A stretch of DNA of 64,000 bases from Candidatus Nomurabacteria bacterium (lineage in GTDB: Bacteria; Patescibacteriota; Minisyncoccia; Phycocordibacterales; UBA9973): the NCBI GenBank assembly GCA_025361085.1, contig JANYAX010000036.1, positions 7,208 to 71,207 on the forward strand, read 5' to 3'. Shown in pieces: positions 11,023 through 20,542 of this stretch (position 1 is its first letter; every line of letters begins with the position of its first letter). The position numbers and the translations under genes are program-made. The notes beneath the pieces were generated by a model that searched no databases, was not told the origin of the DNA, and was given only the letters and a program-made list of their open reading frames with translations.

Positions 11023-12711
11023 ATGATTTGCTATTCATTTACAGAGCCACTTTATTTAATTTTTTCACCAGATCTTCCAGCATTATTTTATTATTCGCAT
11101 ATAGTTACAGCTATAGTTGCTATTTTTGTTGGTTTTTTTGTTTTAAAAAGTGGTAAAAAACTTTTACTAAATCGATTATTATTCGCCATTTCAATCTGTT
11201 TTTTCTTTTGGGTGGTTTCAAATATTATCTTGTGGACAAATATTCATAGTAATATTATGTTGTTTGTTTGGTCACTTCTTAGAATACTCTCTTCCATGAT
11301 GTCTATTTTGAGTATTTATTTTTTGTATGTTTTTTTAGAAAAAAAAGATATTTCCTTTTTTTTAAAAGGAATTTTTCTCGTTCTTATATTACCAGTTATA
11401 ATACTTGCTCCGACATATATTAATTTGAGCGGATTTAATCTTGCAACTTGTGATGCTTTTATGTTTGAAGGGGGTCTATTCCAATTCTATCGCGTTGCTT
11501 TTGGGATATTAGCGATGTTATGGATTTTAATTTTATTAATAAGAAGATATCACAAAGCAGATGTTAATTTTAAGAAACAAATATTACTTGTGGGTGTGGG
11601 CATTGAATTATTTTTGTTATCTTTTTTTATTGTGACATTTTTAGCAGCTTATTTTACTAAAATCGGATTACTTCCTGATTCTAGATTAGAATATTATGGG
11701 TTATTCGGAATAATTATTTTTGTAATATATTTGAGTATTCTTACTGTTAAATTTGGAGCTTTTAATATTAAATTATTGGCAAGTCAAGCATTAGTTTGGG
11801 GACTTGTGATATTAATTGGGGCACAATTCTTTTTTATAAAAATCACAGCTAATTTTGTCTTGAATGGAATAGCTTTTATTGGGATATTGATTGCTGGTCC
11901 ATTTCTTATAAAATCTGTAAAAAAAGAGGTTAATCAGCGAGAATTATTGGAATCATTGACGTTGAAACTCGAACAGTCAAATTCAAATTTTGCTGAAGCT
12001 AATGAAAAATTGAAAGGGTTGGATAAATTGAAAACAGAATTCGTTTCGCTCGCTTCTCATCAGTTGCGCAGTCCACTTACTGCTATTAAGGGTTACATTT
12101 CTATGTTGATCGAGGGAGATTATGGAGAAATTAATCCTAAAGCAAAAGAAATCGTTGATAGGGTTGCAGAATCAAGTAACAATCTAACACTCGTTGTTGA
12201 AGACCTGCTTAATGTTTCCAAAATTGAATCTGGTGGAATGAAATATGACATGGTTAAATTTGATTTTAGCGAACTTGTAAATAATACGGCAAAAGATTTG
12301 TCTATTACCGCTGAAAAGAAAGGGCTAAAACTTACTCATAAAATCGATATGAGCCATCAATACTTTGTGGATGGTGATAAAGAGAAACTAAGACAAGTTT
12401 TGATCAATTTGATTGACAATTCGATGAAGTATACTGAAAAAGGTAAGATCGAATTAGATTTGGATAATCAAGATGGCAAAATCACTTTGTCTGTCAAAGA
12501 TACAGGGGCAGGGGTTGACCCTGAGGTCGAAGATACAATTTTTGAGAAATTCTCAAGAGGTGAAGGTGCGAAGTTGAACGCTTCTGGGTCTGGACTTGGG
12601 CTTTACTTAGTTAAAGAAATAGTTGAAGCTCACCACGGGCGAGTCTGGGTGGAATCTCTTGGTGTGGGTAAGGGCTCAACATTCTTTGTGGAATTGAACG
12701 AAGTAAAATAA
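11023..12711 (+). CDS. Membrane-bound sensor histidine kinase (multi-TM N-terminus, HisKA and HATPase_c domains)
   Basis: SHQLRSPL H-box, NLIDNSMKY N-box, DTGAG, GSGLGL; no adjacent response regulator. Confidence 0.95.
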   Translation: MICYSFTEPLYLIFSPDLPALFYYSHIVTAIVAIFVGFFVLKSGKKLLLNRLLFAISICFFFWVVSNIILWTNIHSNIMLFVWSLLRILSSMMSILSIYFLYVFLEKKDISFFLKGIFLVLILPVIILAPTYINLSGFNLATCDAFMFEGGLFQFYRVAFGILAMLWILILLIRRYHKADVNFKKQILLVGVGIELFLLSFFIVTFLAAYFTKIGLLPDSRLEYYGLFGIIIFVIYLSILTVKFGAFNIKLLASQALVWGLVILIGAQFFFIKITANFVLNGIAFIGILIAGPFLIKSVKKEVNQRELLESLTLKLEQSNSNFAEANEKLKGLDKLKTEFVSLASHQLRSPLTAIKGYISMLIEGDYGEINPKAKEIVDRVAESSNNLTLVVEDLLNVSKIESGGMKYDMVKFDFSELVNNTAKDLSITAEKKGLKLTHKIDMSHQYFVDGDKEKLRQVLINLIDNSMKYTEKGKIELDLDNQDGKITLSVKDTGAGVDPEVEDTIFEKFSRGEGAKLNASGSGLGLYLVKEIVEAHHGRVWVESLGVGKGSTFFVELNEVK

Positions 12712-12716
12712 TTGTA

Positions 12717-12761
12717 AATAAAAAAGCTGAGCTAGGTCTTGCCTAGCTCAGCTTTTTATTT
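12717..12761. terminator. Bidirectional intrinsic terminator between the kinase gene and cysS
   Basis: AAAAAGCTGAGCTAGG-TCTTG-CCTAGCTCAGCTTTTT between convergent genes. Confidence 0.85.
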
Positions 12762-12764
12762 ATC

Positions 12765-14120
12765 TTATAGTTTAGATATTTTTGATCCTGACTCTGTGTC
12801 TTTCACTTCGTAACCGAGATTATTTATTTTGTTTCTTATTTCGTCACTTTTTGCCCAATCTTTTTTCTCTCTAGCTTTTTCTCTTTCTTCGGCTAGTTTG
12901 TTTATTTCATCGGGGATTATTTCTTTTTGAATTTTATCTAATCCAAAACCTAAAACTTTATCAAAATTTAAAATTGTTGCGCGTTTATCTTTGATCGATA
13001 TATTTGTATTTTTTAATAATTCCCAGACAAGGGCAAGGGCTTGAGGGCTGTCTAGATTATTATCTAAATACTCAATAAATCGTGCCTTATACTCCATATT
13101 GACGACTCCAACATCCTCTCCAAGGGCTAAAAAGGCTTCTCTGAGACGCATAAGTGCGGTCTGGGCTCCTATTACTGACGTTATTGTAAAGTTCGTCCTC
13201 GTCGAATAATTCGAAGTATATAACCACAATCGAAAAGCAATAGGATCGATACCTTTCTTTATAATATCTTCTAGTGTGTAGAAATTACCAGCAGATTTCG
13301 CCATTTTGATTCCATCTACTAGAAGATGCTCATTGTGCATAAAATATTTTGCAAAATTTTTTCCAGTAGCACATTCAGACTGAGCTATTTCGTTCTCGTG
13401 ATGAGGAAAAATATTATCAACACCGCCAGTATGAATATCGAAGCTTTCGCCAAGATTTTTCATACTCATAGCCGAGCATTCGATATGCCAACCGGGGCGC
13501 CCTTTACCAAGAGCCGTTTCCCAAAATACGTTTCCATCTTCAGGAACCCATGCTTTCCATAATGCGAAATCTTCGGTATTATCTTTTTCGTATTCATCTC
13601 TCTTCATTCTTCCATCTGCGTTTTCTTTTAAATCTGAAAGTTTAAAATGTGAAAGTTTGCCGTATTCTTTGTCTTTATAAATATCAAAATATACAGAACC
13701 ATCTTCTGATTTATAGGCATAACCTTTATCTATCAAAGTTTGTATAATAACAACCATTTCGTTTATATAATCGGTTGCTTTAGTGTAAATATCGGCTGGC
13801 AATATATTCAGTAAATCTCGGTCTTTGAAAAATTCATCTGTGTAAAATTCAGTGAGTTCTTCTAAACTTTTATTTTGAGATTTGACTTCTCGAATGATTT
13901 TATCTTCAACATCAGTTATATTCATGATGTGTTTTACGTTGTATTTTTTATATTGAAGATATCTTTTCAATAAATCAGCAAAAATATACGCACGCCAGTT
14001 TCCGATATGAAGGTGATTGTAAACAGTTGGGCCACAAGTATAAAGACCAACTTCGCCCTCATTAATTGGTTCAAAAATTTCTTTTTCTCGTGATAATGTA
14101 TTAAATATTTGTAAAGACAT
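12765..14120 (-). CDS. cysS: Cysteine--tRNA ligase
   Basis: CGPTVY, HIGN, GRPGWHIEC, KMAKS motifs. Confidence 0.99.
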   Translation of the reverse strand: MSLQIFNTLSREKEIFEPINEGEVGLYTCGPTVYNHLHIGNWRAYIFADLLKRYLQYKKYNVKHIMNITDVEDKIIREVKSQNKSLEELTEFYTDEFFKDRDLLNILPADIYTKATDYINEMVVIIQTLIDKGYAYKSEDGSVYFDIYKDKEYGKLSHFKLSDLKENADGRMKRDEYEKDNTEDFALWKAWVPEDGNVFWETALGKGRPGWHIECSAMSMKNLGESFDIHTGGVDNIFPHHENEIAQSECATGKNFAKYFMHNEHLLVDGIKMAKSAGNFYTLEDIIKKGIDPIAFRLWLYTSNYSTRTNFTITSVIGAQTALMRLREAFLALGEDVGVVNMEYKARFIEYLDNNLDSPQALALVWELLKNTNISIKDKRATILNFDKVLGFGLDKIQKEIIPDEINKLAEEREKAREKKDWAKSDEIRNKINNLGYEVKDTESGSKISKL

Positions 14121-14652
14121 ATAAAATTATTATGACAATAATAGTAACTACCGCCCAAATCGTCAATGATTTTAATCGCTTATTATTTTTGATAATTTGT
14201 TCTCGAAGATTTTTGATTTTTGCGTCATGAGCGATTATTTGTTTATGAGAATTTACGTATAAACTTTTCAATAAATGAGCGAATAGCAATTTGTTGTCGC
14301 TGATACTTGCGTTGTTTTCATCCATAGTCCCAAGTTCCATTTCTTTCAAAAATGCACTTAAAGCTTGAATCGGTTCATTGTGAATACTGAAAATATATTT
14401 ATCACTTGCGATAAATATCAATTTATTATCAACGTTTTCGCTTTCTGCCACCTGCGGGAAGGAAAGAAATGCATAAATATAATCATTATATAATCTGATA
14501 ACATCGTCGTTCTTATTGGCTGACATCTCTTCTTTTATAATTGAAGGAATATTGTATTCTTCTAAAACGTAAGAAATCTCTGCATCTTTTGGAGCTTCCA
14601 GATCTATCCAAGCCAATTCTTTGTGACTATATTTTGATATCATAATGCCCAT
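14101..14652 (-). CDS. Truncated CorA-like protein (cytoplasmic domain plus one TM)
   Basis: WIDLEAP N-terminal motif typical of CorA; no GMN motif. Confidence 0.55.
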   Translation of the reverse strand: MGIMISKYSHKELAWIDLEAPKDAEISYVLEEYNIPSIIKEEMSANKNDDVIRLYNDYIYAFLSFPQVAESENVDNKLIFIASDKYIFSIHNEPIQALSAFLKEMELGTMDENNASISDNKLLFAHLLKSLYVNSHKQIIAHDAKIKNLREQIIKNNKRLKSLTIWAVVTIIVIIILYVFTNI

Positions 14653-14748
14653 TATACCTTTACGCTTGCATTTTCGCCAGCTTTTGTGTATTATAGGTCT
14701 TATCCAGATATATGCAGTATTTCAATGATTTCTGGATATTTTAATATT

Positions 14749-15120
14749 ATGCCTAAAGCAACAACTACAACAAAAAAGACCAAAACAACAATTCCTGAAA
14801 GTAAGGAATTTGCCGTTATATTTACTGGTGGCAAGCAATACAAAGTTGCAGTTGGGGATGTTTTGAAAGTAGAAAAAATAGAAGGGGATTTCAAGATTGG
14901 AGATAAGGTTGTGTTTGATAAAGTCCTTCTTGTAGATGATGGTACAAATACAACAATCGGAACTCCATATATCGCAAATGCAAAAGTAGAATCACTATTT
15001 CAAAAAGTAGGGAAAGGTAAAACAGTTAAAGTGGTCAAATATAAACAAAAGAGCCGATACCTCAAACAAAACGGCCACCGCCAACCATTCCTCGAAGTCA
15101 AAATCTCATCAATCAAATAA
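14749..15120 (+). CDS. rplU: 50S ribosomal protein L21
   Basis: FAVIFTGGKQYKV and GHRQPF motifs; start moved to ATG 14749. Confidence 0.97.
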   Translation: MPKATTTTKKTKTTIPESKEFAVIFTGGKQYKVAVGDVLKVEKIEGDFKIGDKVVFDKVLLVDDGTNTTIGTPYIANAKVESLFQKVGKGKTVKVVKYKQKSRYLKQNGHRQPFLEVKISSIK

Positions 15121-15147
15121 AAAAATCCGTTATAAACGGATTTTTTT
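15121..15147. terminator. Bidirectional terminator between rplU and recR
   Basis: AAAAAATCCGTT-ATA-AACGGATTTTTTT. Confidence 0.8.
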
Positions 15148-15760
15148 ATGCGCGGTTTTTGAGGGCGTTTTTGATTGTTTCGGAATCGGAGTATTCGAGT
15201 TCGGTGCCGGTTGAAAGCCCACGGCCAAGAGAGACTATTTTGAAACCGTACTTTTCTTCCAGTGGTGACATTTTCTCACGCAAATACATATCGGTGTGTT
15301 CACCTTGAGGGTTTAAAGAAAGAGCGATAATTACTTCTTTCAAACCATCGTGCTTTGCGCGAGTTTCGATAGAATTCAATAACTCTTTTAATCTTAAAAA
15401 TGTTGGGGTATCTTTTGTGACTATTGGTGCAAGCCCTCCGAGAATAAAATACATTCCAGAATAATTTTTACTTCTTTTTATATTTTCATAATCTGCGTCT
15501 TTTTCAATAATCAGAAGGGAAGTTCGGTCAGTTTTTTTATCACTACAAGTCGCACAAAGCTCATCACGTTCATCTTCAAAAAACAAAAAACACGATGGGC
15601 ATTGGTGAATCAGATTTTTGAGCGAAAGCACACTATCGCCGAGTTCTTTTACATAATTTGGATTTTTATGAAGAAGAAAATATACAAAACGCTTCGATTG
15701 ACGTTCGCCAATTCCGGGAAATTCTTTAAAATATTGCGCTAATTTGTCGATTGGACTCAT
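15146..15760 (-). CDS. recR: Recombination mediator RecR
   Basis: FPGIGERQS HhH, C4 zinc finger, Toprim domain, GTELEYSD. Confidence 0.97.
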   Translation of the reverse strand: MSPIDKLAQYFKEFPGIGERQSKRFVYFLLHKNPNYVKELGDSVLSLKNLIHQCPSCFLFFEDERDELCATCSDKKTDRTSLLIIEKDADYENIKRSKNYSGMYFILGGLAPIVTKDTPTFLRLKELLNSIETRAKHDGLKEVIIALSLNPQGEHTDMYLREKMSPLEEKYGFKIVSLGRGLSTGTELEYSDSETIKNALKNRA

Positions 15761-15778
15761 ATATTATGTCTATGCTTC

Positions 15779-15860
15779 ATCAAAATATTCTTTTTTTCGG
15801 GTCCTCGGACGAGGGGGACGGGAGCCGGTGCCAGACCAGCTCAAAAAAGAACATTTTGAT
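15779..15860 (-). repeat. Intergenic stem-loop with AT-rich arms and GC-rich core between dnaB and recR
   Basis: 18-bp arms ATCAAAATATTCTTTTTT/AAAAAAGAACATTTTGAT; the single mismatch is a G-U pair on the minus (mRNA) strand. Confidence 0.65.
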
Positions 15861-15879
15861 TTCGCTCATTTAATTAACA

Positions 15880-17262
15880 TTAAAACCCTCCTATATCATC
15901 CGACGAAGATGCACCGAAACTTGCTCCAGTTTTATCTATCGACATGAATGTCGTAGATTTCTCATCGAAGTATAGGTCAACTTTACCGACAGGACCATTT
16001 CTGTGTTTTTCAATCAAAATTTCGGCAATGTTTGTTTTCTCACTTTCATCTTTACCTTTATCTTCACGGTGAATAAACATCACGATGTCGGCGTCCTGCT
16101 CGATGGAACCTGAATCACGAAGGTCAGATAGTCTTGGGCGTCCACCACGAGATTCAACCGCACGAGAAAGCTGTGACAAGGCAACGACTGGTACGTCGAA
16201 CTCTTTTGCGAGAGCTTTCAATGATCTAGAAATTTCTGTTACCTGGTTGACCATATTGTCATAATTTTTCGAAGTAGACATAAGTTGTAGGTAATCGACA
16301 ATGATTAAACCAATTCCATGCTCAGCACGAATGCGACGACAAACTGAACGCATGCGAACAATATTGTTTCCAGCTAAATCGTCTACGAAGATTGGTGCTT
16401 TTGAAAGACTATCGAGCGAATCTCTGATTTTAGCGAATTCTCCTTCGGATGAGAGATTGCCAGTACGAAGATTCCAAGCATTTACTTTCGATTGTGCGGC
16501 CAAGAGTCTGTCGACGAGTTGCTGTGTACTCATTTCGAGTGAGAATATTACAGTCGGAGTTCCGTGATTGAGCGCAGCCTGGCGGGCAATATCTAGAGCA
16601 AGAGTAGTTTTACCCATAGAAGGTCGAGCAGCGAGGATGACAAGGTCTGATTTTTGAAGTCCAGATAAATATTGATCGAGATCGTGAAAACCGGTCGGAA
16701 CACCACGAAGTTCACCCTTGTTCTCGTGTAATTTTGCCAGTCTATCCCAAGCTTCGGGCAAACTATCTTTTAATGATTGGAATGCATGACCGCTAGTGCC
16801 TGTATTTATACCCATCATCTTTTTCTCGGCTTGATCGAGAATATCGAAAACATCTTCGACTTCTTCACGAAAACCAAGTTCCGAAATATGATCTCCGGCC
16901 TCGATTATTTTTCTTAAAATATGTTTTTTGTTTACGAGATCACCGTAGTATTTAATATTTGTCGAAGCAGGAACCGAATTCGTCAATTCACTCAAGTAAC
17001 TACTTCCACCGATTTGATCAAGTAAACCTTTTTCTTCGAGCTTGTGTGATACCGAAAGAATATCGATCGGGTCACCCTTACTCGAAAGCTCTATCATTAT
17101 TTTATAGATTTGTGCGTGTTTTGATGCGTAAAAAGAATCACCATTGATAACATCATTAATTTCATGAATAGCACCCGGGCGAAGCATTATAGAGCCCAAA
17201 ATAGCTTTTTCTGCCTCGATGCTTTGCGGTGGAATTCTAAGATTTGTTTTTTTATCTGCCAT
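15880..17262 (-). CDS. dnaB: Replicative DNA helicase DnaB
   Basis: AARPSMGKT Walker A, IVDYLQL, LSQLSR, DLRDSGSIEQDAD. Confidence 0.99.
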   Translation of the reverse strand: MADKKTNLRIPPQSIEAEKAILGSIMLRPGAIHEINDVINGDSFYASKHAQIYKIMIELSSKGDPIDILSVSHKLEEKGLLDQIGGSSYLSELTNSVPASTNIKYYGDLVNKKHILRKIIEAGDHISELGFREEVEDVFDILDQAEKKMMGINTGTSGHAFQSLKDSLPEAWDRLAKLHENKGELRGVPTGFHDLDQYLSGLQKSDLVILAARPSMGKTTLALDIARQAALNHGTPTVIFSLEMSTQQLVDRLLAAQSKVNAWNLRTGNLSSEGEFAKIRDSLDSLSKAPIFVDDLAGNNIVRMRSVCRRIRAEHGIGLIIVDYLQLMSTSKNYDNMVNQVTEISRSLKALAKEFDVPVVALSQLSRAVESRGGRPRLSDLRDSGSIEQDADIVMFIHREDKGKDESEKTNIAEILIEKHRNGPVGKVDLYFDEKSTTFMSIDKTGASFGASSSDDIGGF

Positions 17263-17367
17263 ATGGTGTCATTGTATCAGCTATAATCGAAGTCTCAAAA
17301 TCGGTATTATGGATAAATGCGGGGATAAAATGTGCAAAACTAATCAATATTTGTTATTATATAGAAT

Positions 17368-18339
17368 ATGGCTAAAAAATTATTATCGGGAATACAACCA
17401 TCTGGGACTATACATATAGGTAACTATTTCGGAGCTATGAAGCAGTTTGTGGATTTGCAAGATAGTTATGATTCATACGTTTTTATCGCCGATTTACATG
17501 CAATCACGACAATACAAAACAGAGAAGAATTATCAAACAATATTCTAAACGTCGCTCTCGATTATTTAGGATGCGGGCTTGATCCCAAAAAAGTTTGTTT
17601 ATTCAAACAGTCCGATTTGATGGAAGTCACAGAACTCGCATGGTATTTTAATTGCATTACAACCATGCCATATCTCGAGAGAGCCACAGCGTATAAAGAT
17701 GCATATCAGAAAGCAAAAGAAGTGAATGTTGGCCTTTTCGATTATCCGATTTTAATGGCAGCAGATATTTTGATCCAAGATGCAGACGTTGTTCCTGTAG
17801 GTGCTGACCAGAAACAACACGTAGAATACGCACGTGACACAGCGCAGAAGTTCAACAATATTTATGGTGAGACATTTAAATTACCAGAGCCACTCATTTT
17901 AAAGAATATGGCAATTATTCCTGGTGTTGACGGCAGAAAGATGAGTAAGAGTTATAAAAATACGATCCCACTTTTCGGCACCGATGAAGAAATTAAAAAA
18001 GCAGTTATGAAAATTGTAACCGATTCAAAGACTCCAGAAGAATCGAAAGACCCAGACACTTGCAATATTTTCGCATTACATAAACTCTTTTTGGATGTAG
18101 AAGAATTAAAATATCTAAGAGAAAGATATGTGAAAGGAGGTTTGAGTTACAAAGAATCAAAAGAAATGTTGCTTGATGAAATATTAAAACTCATAAAGCC
18201 AATGAGAGAACGAAGAGAAATGTATGCTAAAGATATTGACTCAGTAAAAGAGATTCTTGCAAACGGTGCGAAAAAGGCTAAAATTATAGTGGCCGAGAAA
18301 ATGAATATTATTCGCGATAGAGTTGGAGTAAAAATATAA
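17368..18339 (+). CDS. trpS: Tryptophan--tRNA ligase
   Basis: SGIQPSG.HIGN, YPILMAADIL, KMSKS. Confidence 0.99.
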   Translation: MAKKLLSGIQPSGTIHIGNYFGAMKQFVDLQDSYDSYVFIADLHAITTIQNREELSNNILNVALDYLGCGLDPKKVCLFKQSDLMEVTELAWYFNCITTMPYLERATAYKDAYQKAKEVNVGLFDYPILMAADILIQDADVVPVGADQKQHVEYARDTAQKFNNIYGETFKLPEPLILKNMAIIPGVDGRKMSKSYKNTIPLFGTDEEIKKAVMKIVTDSKTPEESKDPDTCNIFALHKLFLDVEELKYLRERYVKGGLSYKESKEMLLDEILKLIKPMRERREMYAKDIDSVKEILANGAKKAKIIVAEKMNIIRDRVGVKI

Positions 18340-18343
18340 TTTT

Positions 18344-18556
18344 ATGAAATATGTATTTGCTGTAATTGTAGTTACCTTGAATCTCATAAATGTTCCGCTC
18401 AACATGCTTTATATGAAAGTGCAGAAATGGTATTTACCAATGTGGAAGAAAGACAAAATAGTATATTTTGCTTTCGCTCCTTTTTATTGGGTATTGGTGG
18501 TATTAACTTTTATATTTGGATATCCATGTGAACTATTGGCAAAATTCGTACATTAG
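18344..18556 (+). CDS. Hypothetical small membrane protein
   Basis: 70-aa hydrophobic ORF directly after trpS. Confidence 0.6.
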   Translation: MKYVFAVIVVTLNLINVPLNMLYMKVQKWYLPMWKKDKIVYFAFAPFYWVLVVLTFIFGYPCELLAKFVH

Positions 18557-18572
18557 TGGTATTATATAAATA

Positions 18573-18751
18573 ACCGATAATCCAGCTGACACTGGGGAGG
18601 TGAGAGAAGAAAACCATTACAAAATGGCCAGTAGAACTCTCCGTTGACCGCGAAAAGGTAAAAATGAAGTCGAGAAAGTAGGGTGGCACCGCGAACTAAA
18701 AATCGCCCCTGCAAATTTATCAATTAGATAAGTTTGAAGAGGCGATTTTTT
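18573..18751 (+). promoter_or_regulatory. T-box riboswitch (Asp specifier GAC) upstream of aspS
   Basis: T-box AGGGTGGCACCGCG at 18680-18693 pairing with CGCCCCT; overlapping terminator ending GGCGATTTTTT; stem II with AGUA/GAA motif; short stem I with GAC in its loop. Confidence 0.9.
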
Positions 18752-18805
18752 GTTACGATGATGATATAATTGTTGAACAATTGATAGCAACTTCGACTAA
18801 AATAT

Positions 18806-20155
18806 ATGAAAGGAAGAATATATATAAAAGAATTAAATAAGTGGATGGGCAAAGAAGTAATGATTGCTGGCTGGGTTGATGTCCGTCGCGATCAAGGGAA
18901 AATGATTTTCTTGGATTTTCGTGATATGACCGGAAAGGTGCAAGGTGTTATTTTACCCAATTACACCGAGACTCTTGAAGTTGGAAAAACTTTGCGTAAT
19001 GAATTTGTCGTAAAAGTAAAAGGAAAAGTAAATGAACGCCCAGAGCGCAACAAAAAAGCCGATACATTAAATGGTGAACTCGAACTTGAAATACTTGAGA
19101 TTGAGGTGCTTGCTGAAGCGGCTACTTTGCCTTTCGATATGTCACTTACTGGCTACAATCTCGAACTCACAACAGAGCTCGATAATAGAGCTTTAGTTAT
19201 GAGACAACCCAAAGTTCAAGCAATCTTCAAAGTTACTGAAACTATCATAGATTCGTTCCGCGAATTTATGAAAAATAATTCTTTCTTTGAATTCCAAGCT
19301 CCAAGTATCACTCCAGCGACAGCCGAAGGTGGAGCCGAAGTTTTTCAAGTAGATTATTTTGGTAAAAAAGCATATTTGTCGCAATCGCCACAACTTTACA
19401 AACAGATTGTAATGTCGGCATTCGAAAGATGTTTCTCTGTGAACAAAGTTTTTCGCGCTGAACCATCTTCAACCACTCGTCACTTGACTGAAGTTGTTTG
19501 TTTGGATGCTGAAATGGGCTTTATCGATTCGTGGCGCGATGTTCGCGATATGGCCGAAGAAACTTTCCGATATATACTTAAACAAGTTGAAACAAAAAAT
19601 GCCGAGCATCTTAAAATGCTCGGGGCTGATTTACCTGTAATGATCGACAAAACCCCGACTTATTCTTTACGTGAAGTTCAGCAAAAAATATTTGAAGTCT
19701 ACGGCAGAGACGTTCGTGGTGAGAAAGATACGAATCCGCAAGATGAACGTGAGATTTGCGAAATAGTCAAAAAGGAAACTGGTTCGGACTTCGTGTTTAT
19801 CTATGGTTACCCAACTCGCAAGAAGCCTTTCTATGTTTACCCAAATCCAGAAGAACCAGAATTCAACGAAGGAATGGACTTGATTTGTCGTGGAGTTGAA
19901 TGGCTCTCGGGCGGGCGAAGAATAAACAAATACGACCAGCTCGAAGAGCATGTGAAAATTTGGGGCATGGATCCAAATAAGATCAAAATGTTTTTGGAAG
20001 CATTCAAATACGGAGTTCCACCAGAAGGCGGGTTCTCATTTGGTGCTGAACGCATAACCATGCAACTTCTCAACCTAAAAAACATCCGCGAAGCTTGCAT
20101 GTTCCCACGCGACATGAACAGAATTGACGAACGTTTAAGTGAAGAAGGGTATTAA
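18806..20155 (+). CDS. aspS: Aspartate--tRNA ligase, short archaeal/eukaryal type (possibly non-discriminating)
   Basis: OB fold GWV..RRD.G, AEGGAEVF, LSQSPQLYKQ, FRAE, GVPPEGGFSFGAER; lacks the GAD insert. Confidence 0.93.
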   Translation: MKGRIYIKELNKWMGKEVMIAGWVDVRRDQGKMIFLDFRDMTGKVQGVILPNYTETLEVGKTLRNEFVVKVKGKVNERPERNKKADTLNGELELEILEIEVLAEAATLPFDMSLTGYNLELTTELDNRALVMRQPKVQAIFKVTETIIDSFREFMKNNSFFEFQAPSITPATAEGGAEVFQVDYFGKKAYLSQSPQLYKQIVMSAFERCFSVNKVFRAEPSSTTRHLTEVVCLDAEMGFIDSWRDVRDMAEETFRYILKQVETKNAEHLKMLGADLPVMIDKTPTYSLREVQQKIFEVYGRDVRGEKDTNPQDEREICEIVKKETGSDFVFIYGYPTRKKPFYVYPNPEEPEFNEGMDLICRGVEWLSGGRRINKYDQLEEHVKIWGMDPNKIKMFLEAFKYGVPPEGGFSFGAERITMQLLNLKNIREACMFPRDMNRIDERLSEEGY

Positions 20156-20182
20156 AACACAAATTTTATTAAAGAATTCCCA

Positions 20183-20221
20183 AATCCCCCAGATAGTGGC
20201 AAGGCCACTATCTGGGGGATT
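20183..20221. repeat. REP-like palindrome, copy 2
   Basis: AATCCCCCAGATAGTGGC-AAG-GCCACTATCTGGGGGATT. Confidence 0.85.
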
Positions 20222-20542
20222 GACTTTATGGGTTTTGAGATGTAGAGTGAAAGAAAAATTCAAACATTAATTAAATTAACAACAAAATGTATCCTGCGCA
20301 GCCGCAAAAGAACTGGAGGCTGATGGATATATAATTTCAAATATTCCGAGGAACAACGATGGGATTAAAAATAGAATCTCATGGGTGTAATAATGATGGA
20401 CCGTCGCAATCAGCGACGGTTTTCATTTGAAAAAGTAACTCTCACGAAAATGTTTTGTGTATCAGACACCTAGCAAGGGGTGCCTTTTCTACCTTTCAGT
20501 GGCCTTTTTTATATTAAATTTGCGTGTTATAATTGAAAGGTA

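Noticed and set aside
17300-17330. Replication origin near dnaB (TATGGATAA, GGGGATAA)
   Set aside because: Only two imperfect DnaA-box-like words in a ~100-bp divergent promoter region; insufficient for oriC.
20280-20510. Possible riboswitch or small ORF upstream of dinD
   Set aside because: Only short hairpins (ACCGTCGC/GCGACGGT; a degenerate CACC..GCAAG..GGTG) and a 15-codon ORF; no recognisable aptamer consensus.
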